Shown one piece after another: positions 50,021 to 59,701 of a stretch of DNA of 64,000 nt; positions within the stretch are counted from its first letter, which is position 1; each line of letters begins with the position of its first letter. The position numbers and the translations under genes were made by a program. The stretch covers positions 86,865 through 150,864 of the forward strand of contig CAWEXY010000009.1 of the NCBI GenBank assembly GCA_963813135.1. The letters run 5' to 3'. Source of the DNA: an uncultured Verrucomicrobiae bacterium (GTDB lineage Bacteria; Chlamydiota; Chlamydiia; Chlamydiales; Rhabdochlamydiaceae). The notes beneath the pieces were generated by a model. It had not been told where the DNA came from and searched no databases. It saw only the letters and a program-made list of their open reading frames with translations.

Positions 50021-51095
50021 CCTCTATTTTCATATTCCGTTTTGCACAAAACGCTGTCCCTACTGCCACTTCTACGTAGCTCCCGATGAGGCACCGCTCC
50101 ACGCCCTTCTCTTAGAAGGCCTGCGCATGGAATGGGACCGCGCAAACCGCTTCGACAATGTTGCTTCTGTCTACTTTGGCGGCGGCACGCCTTCGCTTCT
50201 CGGCCCAGATGCCATCGGCAAAATCCTCAGCTGGATCAAGCCCGTCCCGGGCACAGAAATCACCCTTGAGGCAAATCCCCAAGAGATCACGCCCGAGCTC
50301 ATTAAATCCTTTGCATCCGTTGGCATCAATCGCCTCAGCATCGGTGTGCAATCGCTCGACAATACCCTCCTCAAAACGCTCGGCCGCCTCCACTCCGCCG
50401 AAAAGGCCATCGCCGCTATCGAAGCAGCCGCCGCCTATATCCCCAACATTTCCATCGATCTCATGTATGACATCCCCGGCCAAACGCTCGAAAGTTGGCA
50501 AGCGACTCTAGCAGCTTTGGGCACTCTCCCGGTCACTCATCTATCGCTGTACAACCTCACGTTCGAGCCCAAAACACTTTATTTTCGGCAGCAAAAAAAG
50601 CTGCTGCCCCTTCTTCCTTCGCCTGAGACCTCTTTTGCTATGCTTCAAACAGCCGTCTCTCATCTGGAAAAGATCGGACTTGCCCGCTATGAGATCTCCG
50701 CCTTCGCGCGCCCCGGCTTCCGTTCGAACCATAACGTCGGCTACTGGACAGCGCGCCCGTTCCTGGGATTTGGTCCGGCTGCGTTCAGCTACCGCGACGG
50801 CAAACGGTGGCGCAACATCGAAAACCTCAAAAAGTATCACACCCTTCTATTGAATGGCAGCTCCCCTATCGATTTTGAGGAAAAGCTGTCCCCCGAAGCC
50901 CATCTTCATGAACTGCTGGCCGTCCGTTTCCGTCTTCTCGAAGGCGTGGATATGAGAGATTTTCCTGTCTCTCCCCTACTGTATTCTAAATTGCAAGACC
51001 GAGGCTTCGTCCACATCGATGGCAACCGCGCAAGCCTGACCGAAAAAGGCCTCAATTTTTATGATTCTGTCGCAGAAGAAATCGTGGTTATCTAG
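49965..51095 (+). CDS. hemW: radical SAM heme chaperone HemW (HemN-like); start uncertain
   Basis: LYFHIPFC..RCPYCHF, YFGGGTPS, EITLEANP, RLSIGVQS, YEISAFA, HN.GYW. Confidence 0.92.
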   Translation: MPPQERSSRFFHCLPATGSLYFHIPFCTKRCPYCHFYVAPDEAPLHALLLEGLRMEWDRANRFDNVASVYFGGGTPSLLGPDAIGKILSWIKPVPGTEITLEANPQEITPELIKSFASVGINRLSIGVQSLDNTLLKTLGRLHSAEKAIAAIEAAAAYIPNISIDLMYDIPGQTLESWQATLAALGTLPVTHLSLYNLTFEPKTLYFRQQKKLLPLLPSPETSFAMLQTAVSHLEKIGLARYEISAFARPGFRSNHNVGYWTARPFLGFGPAAFSYRDGKRWRNIENLKKYHTLLLNGSSPIDFEEKLSPEAHLHELLAVRFRLLEGVDMRDFPVSPLLYSKLQDRGFVHIDGNRASLTEKGLNFYDSVAEEIVVI

Positions 51096-51726
51096 CTACT
51101 AAGAAGATCGTGGGTTTCTTTTGGATATCGGGAGCTTCTTTCCACTCTTTCACAGCTGCTGTGCGGACCCATTCATCCGGCCCTGTCAGATTGCAAGCAA
51201 TGGCAAGAAGATCGTCGGGCCGTAGGGCCTTCAGCAGCGTCTCATAGAGCTTCAAATTCCGATAAGGCGCCTCAATGAACAAATGCGTCACATGAGGGGC
51301 AAAGCCCTGGATCTGGCGCATGAGAGCTTTTTCTTCGCGCTCGAGATAGCCATGGAAGAAAAACCGCTGCGCCGAAAGCCCCGAAAGCATGAGCGCCAGC
51401 AATATCGACGAAGGCCCTGGATAGGCCTTCACAGCGATCCCTTTTTTTCGCGCTGCCATGACAAGCTGGGCTCCTGGATCTGCGAGGCATGGCATCCCCG
51501 CGTCCGAGATCAGCCCCACTTCTTCTTGCTCAATGCGCAGTAATTCATCGGGATGCGCGGTGTGTTCATTGAGAAGATGGATCGGCATCTGGGGCAGAGA
51601 GAATCTCTTGCGATAAGCATGCGCGCCTTTTTCACTTTCGGCGATGAGAGCGCCGATAGCCGGCGGCTGAAAGTCCAATTTCGCTTCCGCATGGAGAACG
51701 TTGGGAAGAAGATGGAGCGTTTTCAT
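51088..51726 (-). CDS. SAM-dependent tetrapyrrole-methylase family protein (RsmI-like)
   Basis: GLISDAGMPCLADPG, GPSSILLAL..SG, FFHGYL, FIEAPYRN. Confidence 0.88.
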   Translation of the reverse strand: MKTLHLLPNVLHAEAKLDFQPPAIGALIAESEKGAHAYRKRFSLPQMPIHLLNEHTAHPDELLRIEQEEVGLISDAGMPCLADPGAQLVMAARKKGIAVKAYPGPSSILLALMLSGLSAQRFFFHGYLEREEKALMRQIQGFAPHVTHLFIEAPYRNLKLYETLLKALRPDDLLAIACNLTGPDEWVRTAAVKEWKEAPDIQKKPTIFLVAR

Positions 51727-52703
51727 GTGCGAAGCTTGGCTAAAAATCTGTCGAGGAGAAGGTCGGGATCAAGCCCTGAGCTCTTCAGTGCGATTTCGAG
51801 GTCATAGAGGGAAACGAGCCCATCGTGAAAATAGTTGGGGCGCTTTTTGGAAAATTGGCTCAGGTACTTGTCCAACGTCGCGGGCCGCAGCTGCGGAAGC
51901 TGCCGGCTGACCTCATCGCGTTTTGCCTTCAGTTGATCAATTTTATGGCCGATCTCCAGCTGATAGCGCAGCTGGCTGAGGAAAGGAAGAACAAAGGAAA
52001 GATCGCTGCTTTTCTCTGGCGGAACGCCCTCTTTGCCCCAGATGACGCTCTCCGCCAGCTTCCACCCGATTGCTGAGTGGTGGGCCTCTGAAATAGCCTC
52101 GACATCCGCCTCCGTAATCTGCGTTTTATCCCCGCAGTAGCAGATGATTTTTTCCAGCTCCTGGAAAAGGCTCGACATATCCGGCCCTGCGAGCTCGAGC
52201 AGGAGCGCCCCTGCAGCGGGATCCATACGGCGGCCCTGGGCATGGGCATGGCGGAGGACCCAGTCCTGAAGCCTGCGCTCGCGGTCCCATGGCTTCTCCT
52301 CGCACAAGTCGAGAACGACGATCTCTTTTTTTCCTTTTTGATACACGTCGGAAAGCGCTTTCATGTCGCGGCTTCCCAAGAGCAAAAAAGCGCCGGGCGC
52401 AGGACGCTGCACATAGTGGACCAACTTATCATCTTTGACGGCCTGATCGTAAATGGCCACAGCATGCTTGCTAAAGAGGCCGGGAGAGTTGAGATGCGAT
52501 AAAGCGGCCTCGATGGGAGACTCCGAGTCAAATTTGAGCACATGGGCAGAAGGATCTTTCCGGTGGATCACCTCGACAATTTTTTGGAGCATCATCTGGC
52601 GCTCGAAATCACATGGTATCGCGACGATAAAAACCGGCGCCAAATGATTGGGAAAAGCCTCCTGCAAATGCTTTTCAAAGGCTGGGACCGTCGATAGCTT
52701 CAC
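51723..52703 (-). CDS. holA: DNA polymerase III subunit delta
   Basis: L...GLFS, L.QELEKI..Y.G....IT..DV; GTG overlaps the OsmC stop; adjacent to the rsmI-like gene. Confidence 0.75.
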   Translation of the reverse strand: MKLSTVPAFEKHLQEAFPNHLAPVFIVAIPCDFERQMMLQKIVEVIHRKDPSAHVLKFDSESPIEAALSHLNSPGLFSKHAVAIYDQAVKDDKLVHYVQRPAPGAFLLLGSRDMKALSDVYQKGKKEIVVLDLCEEKPWDRERRLQDWVLRHAHAQGRRMDPAAGALLLELAGPDMSSLFQELEKIICYCGDKTQITEADVEAISEAHHSAIGWKLAESVIWGKEGVPPEKSSDLSFVLPFLSQLRYQLEIGHKIDQLKAKRDEVSRQLPQLRPATLDKYLSQFSKKRPNYFHDGLVSLYDLEIALKSSGLDPDLLLDRFLAKLRT

Positions 52704-53113
52704 GGCTTTCCCCAATGGAAAGTAAACTCTTGCGCCACATCGGGATGCAGCGAATGGTGGACGGGGCACGTCATCCCAACTTCTTCCAGCTTCTTTTTCA
52801 CGCCAGAGTCAAATTCCTGCGGGCAATAGACATCGACTTTCAGCCTGCCCACTTTGCGGGAAGGCGCCGAGGCCATCTCTTTGACCACCGTCAGGCGCAG
52901 CCCAGTCAGATCGGCATTGAGACGCTTGGCGGCGATGCCCATAAGCGTCAGCACGCAGGACCCTAGCGCCGCTGCGACAAGGTCGGTGGGAGAGAACAAT
53001 TCCCCTTTTCCCTGGTTGTCTTTGGGAGCATCCGTCTCGAGGATGCTGCCGCTTTCTTTATGAACGCATCGCGTTCTTAGCTGGCCTAAATATTGAATAT
53101 CTATTTGCGTCAT
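52700..53113 (-). CDS. OsmC-family protein
   Basis: TDAPKDNQGKGE.FSPTDL...ALGSC; CPVHHSL. Confidence 0.9.
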   Translation of the reverse strand: MTQIDIQYLGQLRTRCVHKESGSILETDAPKDNQGKGELFSPTDLVAAALGSCVLTLMGIAAKRLNADLTGLRLTVVKEMASAPSRKVGRLKVDVYCPQEFDSGVKKKLEEVGMTCPVHHSLHPDVAQEFTFHWGKP

Positions 53114-53166
53114 AACTTCTAGCTTAATCCATTAGACCTGATCGTGCAACAAATTAAAGATTTTAA

Positions 53167-53195
53167 TTGACAACCACCTCTATGCATGCTAAGCT
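53167..53195 (+). promoter_or_regulatory. sigma66/sigma70-type promoter
   Basis: TTGACA-17 nt-TAAGCT with TG extension, directly upstream of ATG 53202. Confidence 0.65.
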
Positions 53196-53201
53196 GAAAA
53201 T

Positions 53202-53348
53202 ATGTTCAAGAGAGCGCTAAAACGACTCACGACCGTCCGGGAGAAGAGCAAAAAACCGTCGCCAAAGACGGAAAAACCTTCCTCCGGGAAGCTATTATCA
53301 GCAGAGGGGTGGAAGCGTCTCATGATGAAAAAATATAGAAAATCCTAA
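53202..53348 (+). CDS. 48-aa highly basic small protein
   Basis: MFKRALKRLTTVREKSKKPSPKTEKPSSGKLLSAEGWKRLMMKKYRKS; consensus-like promoter directly upstream. Confidence 0.65.
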   Translation: MFKRALKRLTTVREKSKKPSPKTEKPSSGKLLSAEGWKRLMMKKYRKS

Positions 53349-53353
53349 TAAGA

Positions 53354-53418
53354 AATTTTAACGCAAAGACACTAGAGCCGCAAAAATCTTAGCGACTTCG
53401 CGTCTTTGCGTTAAAATT
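53354..53418. repeat. REP-like inverted repeat (ACGCAAAGA-type units)
   Basis: Perfect 17-bp IR AATTTTAACGCAAAGAC / GTCTTTGCGTTAAAATT. Confidence 0.8.
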
Positions 53419-53427
53419 CTCTTTCTT

Positions 53428-53457
53428 TTGACGCTTCACCCTCATCTATGCTATATT
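53428..53457 (+). promoter_or_regulatory. fabI promoter
   Basis: TTGACG-18 nt-TATATT with TG extension; AGGAGG RBS downstream. Confidence 0.55.
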
Positions 53458-53479
53458 TCCTTTTTTACTAGGAGGCCCT

Positions 53480-54403
53480 ATGCTCAATATCGATCTCAAA
53501 GGAAAAGTTGCTTTCATCGCCGGTATCGGGGACGACCAAGGGTATGGCTGGGCCATCGCCAAGGCGCTCGCGGAAGCCGGGGCCACCATCCTGATCGGCA
53601 CCTGGACCCCTATCCTAAAAATTTTTACCCAATCCTGGAGCATGGGAAAATTCGACGAGTCCCGCAAACTATCCAATGGCAAGCTCATGGAATACGCCAA
53701 AGTCTACGCCCTCGATGCCGCCTTCGACCGCCCGGAAGATGTTCCCGCCGACATCCGCGAAAATAAACGGTATCAAGACGCCGCCGGCTACACCATCACG
53801 GAAGTGGCCCAGGCTGTCGCTAACGACTATGGCCAAATCGACATCCTCGTCCATAGCCTGGCCAACGGCCCTGAAGTTAAAAAACCCCTCCTCGAAACCT
53901 CCCGCAGCGGCTACCTTGCCGCCCTGAGCTCCTCGTCCTATTCGTTCGTGAGCCTCGTGCAGCATTTTGGGCCTATTCTCCGTGAGGGAGGCTCGGTCCT
54001 TTCCCTGACCTACATGGCCTCAGAACGGGTCATCCCGGGATATGGCGGCGGTATGAGCTCGGCTAAAGCAGCCCTCGAGAGCGATACCCGCGTCCTCGCT
54101 TGGGAAGCCGGCCGCAAATGGGGAATACGTGTGAACGTGATCTCGGCAGGGGCTCTCCGCAGCCGCGCCGCTCGCGCAATTGGATTTATCGATCAAATGA
54201 TCTCCTACTCGGAAGCGAATGCCCCTCTCGAAGGCAAAGAGCTATCTTCGGAAGAAGTCGGCAACGCCGCAGCGTTCCTTCTCTCTCCGCTCGCGTCTGC
54301 GATTACGGGTGCGACGGTATATGTGGACAATGGGATGCATGCGATGGGCCTAGCGCCGGACAGTCCAAGTTTGCAATTGGCGCAACCTGCAGCTGTATCG
54401 TAA
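53480..54403 (+). CDS. fabI: enoyl-ACP reductase (plant/chlamydial-type FabI)
   Basis: [43 protein letters not shown]. Confidence 0.96.
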   Translation: MLNIDLKGKVAFIAGIGDDQGYGWAIAKALAEAGATILIGTWTPILKIFTQSWSMGKFDESRKLSNGKLMEYAKVYALDAAFDRPEDVPADIRENKRYQDAAGYTITEVAQAVANDYGQIDILVHSLANGPEVKKPLLETSRSGYLAALSSSSYSFVSLVQHFGPILREGGSVLSLTYMASERVIPGYGGGMSSAKAALESDTRVLAWEAGRKWGIRVNVISAGALRSRAARAIGFIDQMISYSEANAPLEGKELSSEEVGNAAAFLLSPLASAITGATVYVDNGMHAMGLAPDSPSLQLAQPAAVS

Positions 54404-55376
54404 CGGGACCTTTTCTCCAGACGGTCCGCAGAGCGATCTTCCAATCATAGGCATCGAACTTGGTGGCGGAAAGCTGTCCCGGACGATTGCCTCTTAAAAT
54501 ATGGCCAAAAAATGAGCCTTCGCCTTCCACCTCAAAGCTAATCTCAAAATGCGCCGCCTGGAGTTTGTCGCCTAGGTGGAACGTCGTCGCTTTTTGATTT
54601 TCCACGGTAATTTGATGGTCCGGATGGGCATCGAGATAAAGGGCAAATTCGATTTCATTCTCGACATCCTTTTCAGGCAGAATGAAGCTCTCTGGAACCC
54701 ACAGAGAGTGGGTATATTTTTGGCTTCCCCAAATATAGGGAGAGGTTTTGTGATCGGATGGAAACGATAGGTTTTCCCAGGGCCGTATGACGGAGGCTTT
54801 GATGTGGATGGGATGGTCTTCCACCGCGCGGCGCGACAGCTGTGGCATAAACAAATCGTAGAGTGTAACGGCTGGCTCGTATTTTTCTTGTGATTGAGGC
54901 CCGGCAAAGGCAAAAGCGTTGGGGTCCCACTGGCGCAGAGCTGGAGTGGGGTCGAGATTGTCGAGTTGGCAGACGATTAGATAATCGGCCCATTGCTGAG
55001 GAGTTCGAGGATTTTCAGGCAAGACGGGTTTGGGAAGAGAGGCCAAGAGGTTTTGTAAAGAGGATCGAAGCTCTTCGCCCAGGACAGAAGAAAACTCGCG
55101 CAGGGTCCAGAAAAGATAGGGATAAAGCCTGCGGCCCAAATAACTATCGGTAACATTGGGAAATTCATGAAGGTGGACGGACAGTCCGAAGGGAAGAAGC
55201 TTTTCGAGGAGGGCTTTGGCCTCTAAAACAAAATCGACCTGGCGGCTGCGGAGGAGGCTCAAGCCAAAGGCATAATTGTCCAAAAGCGGAATGGTATCCC
55301 CTTCGTGGATGAAGCCTGTCTTGGGACTTTGGCGGAGGCGGCCTGAGCGGAGGGCTAGTTCGACGGGTTTTTCCAT
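54303..55376 (-). CDS. conserved hypothetical protein
   Basis: 357-aa ORF with housekeeping-like codon usage; [23 protein letters not shown]; 3' end overlaps fabI. Confidence 0.7.
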   Translation of the reverse strand: MEKPVELALRSGRLRQSPKTGFIHEGDTIPLLDNYAFGLSLLRSRQVDFVLEAKALLEKLLPFGLSVHLHEFPNVTDSYLGRRLYPYLFWTLREFSSVLGEELRSSLQNLLASLPKPVLPENPRTPQQWADYLIVCQLDNLDPTPALRQWDPNAFAFAGPQSQEKYEPAVTLYDLFMPQLSRRAVEDHPIHIKASVIRPWENLSFPSDHKTSPYIWGSQKYTHSLWVPESFILPEKDVENEIEFALYLDAHPDHQITVENQKATTFHLGDKLQAAHFEISFEVEGEGSFFGHILRGNRPGQLSATKFDAYDWKIALRTVWRKGPVTIQLQVAPIANLDCPALGPSHASHCPHIPSHP

Positions 55377-55437
55377 ATAATAAACTATTTAATACACACA
55401 ATGAAATCGAACTATATGTTACAATATTCGTCAATAT

Positions 55438-56952
55438 ATGGCAGTAACAAGCGTTTCATATCCATCTGTTCAATTTGATAACTATGAGGTTCTGGGTGGG
55501 GCTGCATTTGAAATTTTCATGTATGCCTGCTATGAGAATCCGAGACATGTAAGATTGGTGAGCAAAGCCTTTCGCCGTTTTATCGATGAATATGTGTTAA
55601 AGGAGGCTTTGCCCAAGCTGTGGTTGAGCCCCCTTACCTCCCGACCCACCCTAAAAATTATTTACGATGAAATGACCTTCCTATTGGGAGAGCAAAGTAC
55701 CCTGCTCGAGCGAATTAAACTAGTTTTGGGAACGGTGTGTGACTGGAAATATTCGAAATCTGGACCCAGTGCCAAGGATTCTCATGTGATCAACCTATCG
55801 TCGAAAAGTTTAGCGGGCGATCTGGAAAATACAGTAAAGGACATGTTTTCCGATGAGATCTTGGATGAATTCACAAATCAAATCCAAGAACTTCGGAAGA
55901 GAGATAAACACTCGCACCTATTGGCAGCACCTGAGCTCTCATCATCTTCCCCAAAGGTTAATGACCTTCGGGCCGCGATTAACGAGGTTTCATCTGCATC
56001 TGATTTTTTCTCCCCTAAAAGGAAGTGTCCCATTCTACCACAGATCGCCCGTCTAAAAAATCTGTCACATTTTCATGAGGAGTCCGGACCAATAACAGAA
56101 CCTAAATCGAAGTTTCCTCGGTTTTTTTCTCGTGCGTTCTGGTTATTAACCAATTTGCAAACCATTGATATAATTTACCCCGTGCTGAAATTGCCTTCCG
56201 AGATTGGTCGATTGCAAAACCTAAGAAAATTAACGATATGTTTACAAGGAGATATTCCTGATGAACTCGGCAATTGCAAAGCATTAAAGTGGCTCAATAT
56301 TTCTTGCCCCAAGGACCGCCAACAGGTCCCATTAAAGCTGCCTTCCTCTTTAGGTAAACTTCAAAATCTCGAATCAATCATTCTGCGCAATTTTTCTAAT
56401 TTCTCATTGCCGGAAGAATTAAAAAACTGCACAAAATTGGAATCTTTTGAGATTGAAAAATTAGTTGAAGGAAAGGTCCCCGCTGATATCGGCAATTGCA
56501 CAGCCTTAAAGCAGCTCAGAATTTCATCTTCTGAGTTGGGGGGCAAAACCCGCCAAAAACCGTTGGAGCTGCCTTCTTCTTTGGGTCAGCTTCAAAATCT
56601 CGAGAAAATTATTTTAGAGCGATTTTACAACATTACTTTACCGGAAGAATTAAAATACTGCACCAAACTGCAGGAAGTGGCCTTTAGAACATGTAGATTA
56701 AAAAAATTTCCTCACTGGATCTGGAATAGCACCACAGCGGGAGAGATTTGGAAAGGATTTAAAGAAGGTAATCCTTACAAATATCTGATGCCAGAAGAAT
56801 ATTATACTTTTAAGCTCGAGAAAAAAAATTCGTATCCTTGGCTATTAAAGACTTTTGCATGGTCTTTAGAATACTGGGGTTTATGCTTCTTATTGATTAT
56901 ATGTGCGATAACCGTGGTAGCCGTTGACAAATTGGAATCTCGTTCCAAATAA
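55438..56952 (+). CDS. F-box-like + LRR protein with C-terminal transmembrane segment
   Basis: EIFMYA..VRLVSKAFRR; LP.EIG.L.NL repeats; terminal WGLCFLLIICAITVVAV. Confidence 0.8.
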   Translation: MAVTSVSYPSVQFDNYEVLGGAAFEIFMYACYENPRHVRLVSKAFRRFIDEYVLKEALPKLWLSPLTSRPTLKIIYDEMTFLLGEQSTLLERIKLVLGTVCDWKYSKSGPSAKDSHVINLSSKSLAGDLENTVKDMFSDEILDEFTNQIQELRKRDKHSHLLAAPELSSSSPKVNDLRAAINEVSSASDFFSPKRKCPILPQIARLKNLSHFHEESGPITEPKSKFPRFFSRAFWLLTNLQTIDIIYPVLKLPSEIGRLQNLRKLTICLQGDIPDELGNCKALKWLNISCPKDRQQVPLKLPSSLGKLQNLESIILRNFSNFSLPEELKNCTKLESFEIEKLVEGKVPADIGNCTALKQLRISSSELGGKTRQKPLELPSSLGQLQNLEKIILERFYNITLPEELKYCTKLQEVAFRTCRLKKFPHWIWNSTTAGEIWKGFKEGNPYKYLMPEEYYTFKLEKKNSYPWLLKTFAWSLEYWGLCFLLIICAITVVAVDKLESRSK

Positions 56953-56995
56953 ACTGATCCTTGCCAGAAACCCAACCTTGAGCCAAACTAAAGAA

Positions 56996-57391
56996 ATGAT
57001 GCTGATGACTTGGCTTTGGACCATTCTTGCGGATGCAGTCCCCGATGTGCCGGCTCCCCCTCCCCTGCCAGCTGCGCCTGTTGCTCCTGAAGTGACGATG
57101 CCCTCCTATGAAGGGGCATTCATCAAAATGTTTTTAACTCTGCTGGCCCTCCTTGTCATCATATTCTTTTCCATATGGGGATTGAAGCGATTGGCCAGGG
57201 GCCGCGTAAAATCGTCGGGCCCGGGCCGATCGATCGAGCTTTTAGAAAGAAAGGCGATAAGCCCTAAAACTGTTCTTTATGTGATCGAGGTGGGAGGACG
57301 TCAAATCGTTTTGGCCGAGTCTCAACTCGAGGTCAAAGCCATCACGACTTTCGAAGAAGTCATCGAAGTTAAAGAATCAGGGTCTCCTTGA
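56996..57391 (+). CDS. FliO-like membrane protein
   Basis: TM segment then IELLERKAISPKTVLYVIEVGG..IVLAESQ. Confidence 0.75.
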   Translation: MMLMTWLWTILADAVPDVPAPPPLPAAPVAPEVTMPSYEGAFIKMFLTLLALLVIIFFSIWGLKRLARGRVKSSGPGRSIELLERKAISPKTVLYVIEVGGRQIVLAESQLEVKAITTFEEVIEVKESGSP

Positions 57392-57468
57392 GAGAGATTT
57401 TCAACGCAAACCCAAGGTCTTCATAAAATACCCCCTGACATCTCGAAGACATTGGAATCCGGAGTTGA

Positions 57469-57558
57469 ACCACAGAGGTCACAGAGGTCACAGAGAGCAC
57501 AGAGGGGAGAAATAACAATTTCCTCTTCTTCCTCTGTGATCTCTGCGGCCTCTGTGGT
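57469..57558. repeat. REP-like inverted repeat built from 9-nt CACAGAG units
   Basis: ACCACAGAGGT CACAGAGGT CACAGAGAG CACAGAGG ... CCTCTGTGAT CTCTGCGG CCTCTGTGGT. Confidence 0.85.
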
Positions 57559-57621
57559 AAATTTCTTAGAGATAAAAAAGCAGAAAAAACCTTGGCGATC
57601 TCTGTATCTTATCCTTGTTAT

Positions 57622-58188
57622 CTATCGAACCCAAAAGCGTAGAATGATGTGCAAGAGCAGGACGCCGTAGCCGAGCCACACGAAGAGGATATCTTCCTCT
57701 AACATTCCCAAAGATAAGAGCGCAACCGACAGTCCCGGCAGAAAATAGGAACCGGGATGGAGTGAAATGAGCAAGCATAGACCGGCAATGCCCAAGAAAC
57801 CGCCATTGACGCTCTGGAGCGCGGGGTGCTGCTGAAATACGGTGCCGCGGGGGCGGATGTAATTTTCAATCCAGGAGAACGGGGGAAGGAGTTTGCGCAG
57901 ATAGTGTGCTGCTTTGTCGCCGGAAAAGGTCTTGGCGCGAAGTTTGGCAGGAAGCCAGAAGGGCTTTTTACAAAAGACCCGAAATCCGATGAACGCGATG
58001 CAGGCGCCGAGCACAATGGAGAGGCCGGGCAAAGAAAGAAGCGAAATGAAGGGAATTGAAAGAATGAGCGCGATAAACGCCTGGCCCCGGGCGCTGAGGG
58101 AAGCGGCTAGCTCCCCCACGGTCATCTGGAGCCTTCCTTCACAAGAGTGTGCGATCGCTTCGATCTTTTGAGAAAATTTCATCGGCAC
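57622..58188 (-). CDS. ExoD-family membrane protein
   Basis: LPGLS.VLG, P.WLP..L, IE.YIRPR, LP...V.LLSLG.LE.D. Confidence 0.85.
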   Translation of the reverse strand: MPMKFSQKIEAIAHSCEGRLQMTVGELAASLSARGQAFIALILSIPFISLLSLPGLSIVLGACIAFIGFRVFCKKPFWLPAKLRAKTFSGDKAAHYLRKLLPPFSWIENYIRPRGTVFQQHPALQSVNGGFLGIAGLCLLISLHPGSYFLPGLSVALLSLGMLEEDILFVWLGYGVLLLHIILRFWVR

Positions 58189-58268
58189 GGGGTTTACTCA
58201 GTATCTGTTTTATGATCACAAGTTGGCGGAAGGTATCTTTCCCGCGCAAGAGTTTTTTAATCTTTTTT

Positions 58269-59246
58269 TTAAGCTTCACCATTATCCTCCGCGAGAGATT
58301 GGCGCATATCGGTGTCAGCTTGGATATTTTTCATGCGGTAAAAATCAAAGAGGCCTAAGTGACCTTTGCGGAACGCATCGGCCATGGCTTGGGGAACTTC
58401 GGCTTCGGCAGCGATGACTTTAGCGCGGTTTTCTTGTTCGAGGGCGACTGCCATGGTGCGGCGCTCTTCGGCTTTGGCTTGAGCGATGCGCTTATCGGAC
58501 TCGGCCTGGTCGGCGCGCAGTTTTGCGCCGATGTTCTCGCCGATCGAGATGTCGGCGATATCGATCGAGAGGATCTCAAAAGCTGTGCCGGCATCGAGGC
58601 CCTTTTCGAGAGCGAGATGGGAAATGCGATTGGGAGCTTCGAGAACGTGTGTATGAGTTGGGGAAGCGCCGATCGAGTTGACGATCGCTTCGCCCACGCG
58701 GGCGATGATGGTCTCTTCGGTTGCACCGCCGACGAGCTGCTGGATGCTGGTGCGGACGGTGACGCGGGCTCTACATTTGACTTGGATCCCGTGTTTCGCC
58801 ACGGCAGTGATGTAGGCGCCGTGTTTTTCATCGGGACAATCGATGACTTTGGGGTTGACGGAGGTTTTAACGGCATCGAGGATGTCGCGGCCGGCAAGGT
58901 CAATAGCGGTCGCTTGGCGCCATGTGAGAGGAATGTTCGCTTTGTCGGCGGCGATCATCGCGCGGACGACGTTGGAGACATTACCCCCGGCTAGAAAGTG
59001 GGTCTCGAGATCGGTGACGGTGATGCCCTTGATGCCGGCTTTATAGACGTTGATGTAGGCGCCGACGATGAGGCGCGAAGGGATTTTTCGCAAGCTCATC
59101 CCGACGATATTGAAGAGAGAGATGGGCGTTCCAGTCACGAGAGCTTGGAACCAAAGGCCAAAAAACCGGCCGAGCATAAGGAGGATGGTCCCCCCTACGA
59201 TGAAGGTGATGAAGATCAAAAAGTAAATGCCTGTGCTGAGATCCAT
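58269..59246 (-). CDS. floA: flotillin-like protein FloA (YqfA/UPF0365)
   Basis: [57 protein letters not shown]. Confidence 0.93.
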   Translation of the reverse strand: MDLSTGIYFLIFITFIVGGTILLMLGRFFGLWFQALVTGTPISLFNIVGMSLRKIPSRLIVGAYINVYKAGIKGITVTDLETHFLAGGNVSNVVRAMIAADKANIPLTWRQATAIDLAGRDILDAVKTSVNPKVIDCPDEKHGAYITAVAKHGIQVKCRARVTVRTSIQQLVGGATEETIIARVGEAIVNSIGASPTHTHVLEAPNRISHLALEKGLDAGTAFEILSIDIADISIGENIGAKLRADQAESDKRIAQAKAEERRTMAVALEQENRAKVIAAEAEVPQAMADAFRKGHLGLFDFYRMKNIQADTDMRQSLAEDNGEA

Positions 59247-59248
59247 GA

Positions 59249-59701
59249 TTATTCCTTTGTTTTAACTATATAATTGGCGCCGCGCACACCTGTGATGGTG
59301 ACAGAAGTTCCTTGCGGGATGTATCCGGTGTCAGAGAGGGCGGAAAGCTTTCTGCCCTGCATGAGAATGTGTCCGCTGGGTTTGAGCTCGGAAAGAGTGG
59401 TTGCGTCTTGGCCAATGAGATTTTTATCGACGGTGGCTGCGACGAACCCTTCTTGGTCGGCTTTGTGAGAGACCCGGGATTTGACATTTTTGATCGCGGC
59501 CTTGCAGACGAGAAGCACGAGGACCAGAAGTATGATGGAATAGAGAACGATCCATCCCCACGAATATCCTTTGAAACCGAAAAAAATGATGCTAGTTACT
59601 AGGAGGCCTGCAGCGATGACGGCTGAGATGCCGCTGGGAAAGAAAAACTCGAGATAGATGAGGAAAAGCCCAAAAGCAGCAAGCACAAATGCGGTAATCA
59701 T
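59249..59701 (-). CDS. short NfeD-family protein
   Basis: TM helices then an OB-fold (T.SELKPSG.I, GYIP.G..V.I). Confidence 0.8.
   Translation of the reverse strand: MITAFVLAAFGLFLIYLEFFFPSGISAVIAAGLLVTSIIFFGFKGYSWGWIVLYSIILLVLVLLVCKAAIKNVKSRVSHKADQEGFVAATVDKNLIGQDATTLSELKPSGHILMQGRKLSALSDTGYIPQGTSVTITGVRGANYIVKTKE

Noticed and set aside
54303..54403. 101-nt convergent overlap of fabI and the neighbouring gene as a regulatory system
   Set aside because: Most simply a stop-codon loss or an indel extending a non-conserved tail.
57469..57558. CACAGAG repeats as a CRISPR array
   Set aside because: The units are 9 nt, tandem and inverted, with no unique spacers and no cas genes in the window.
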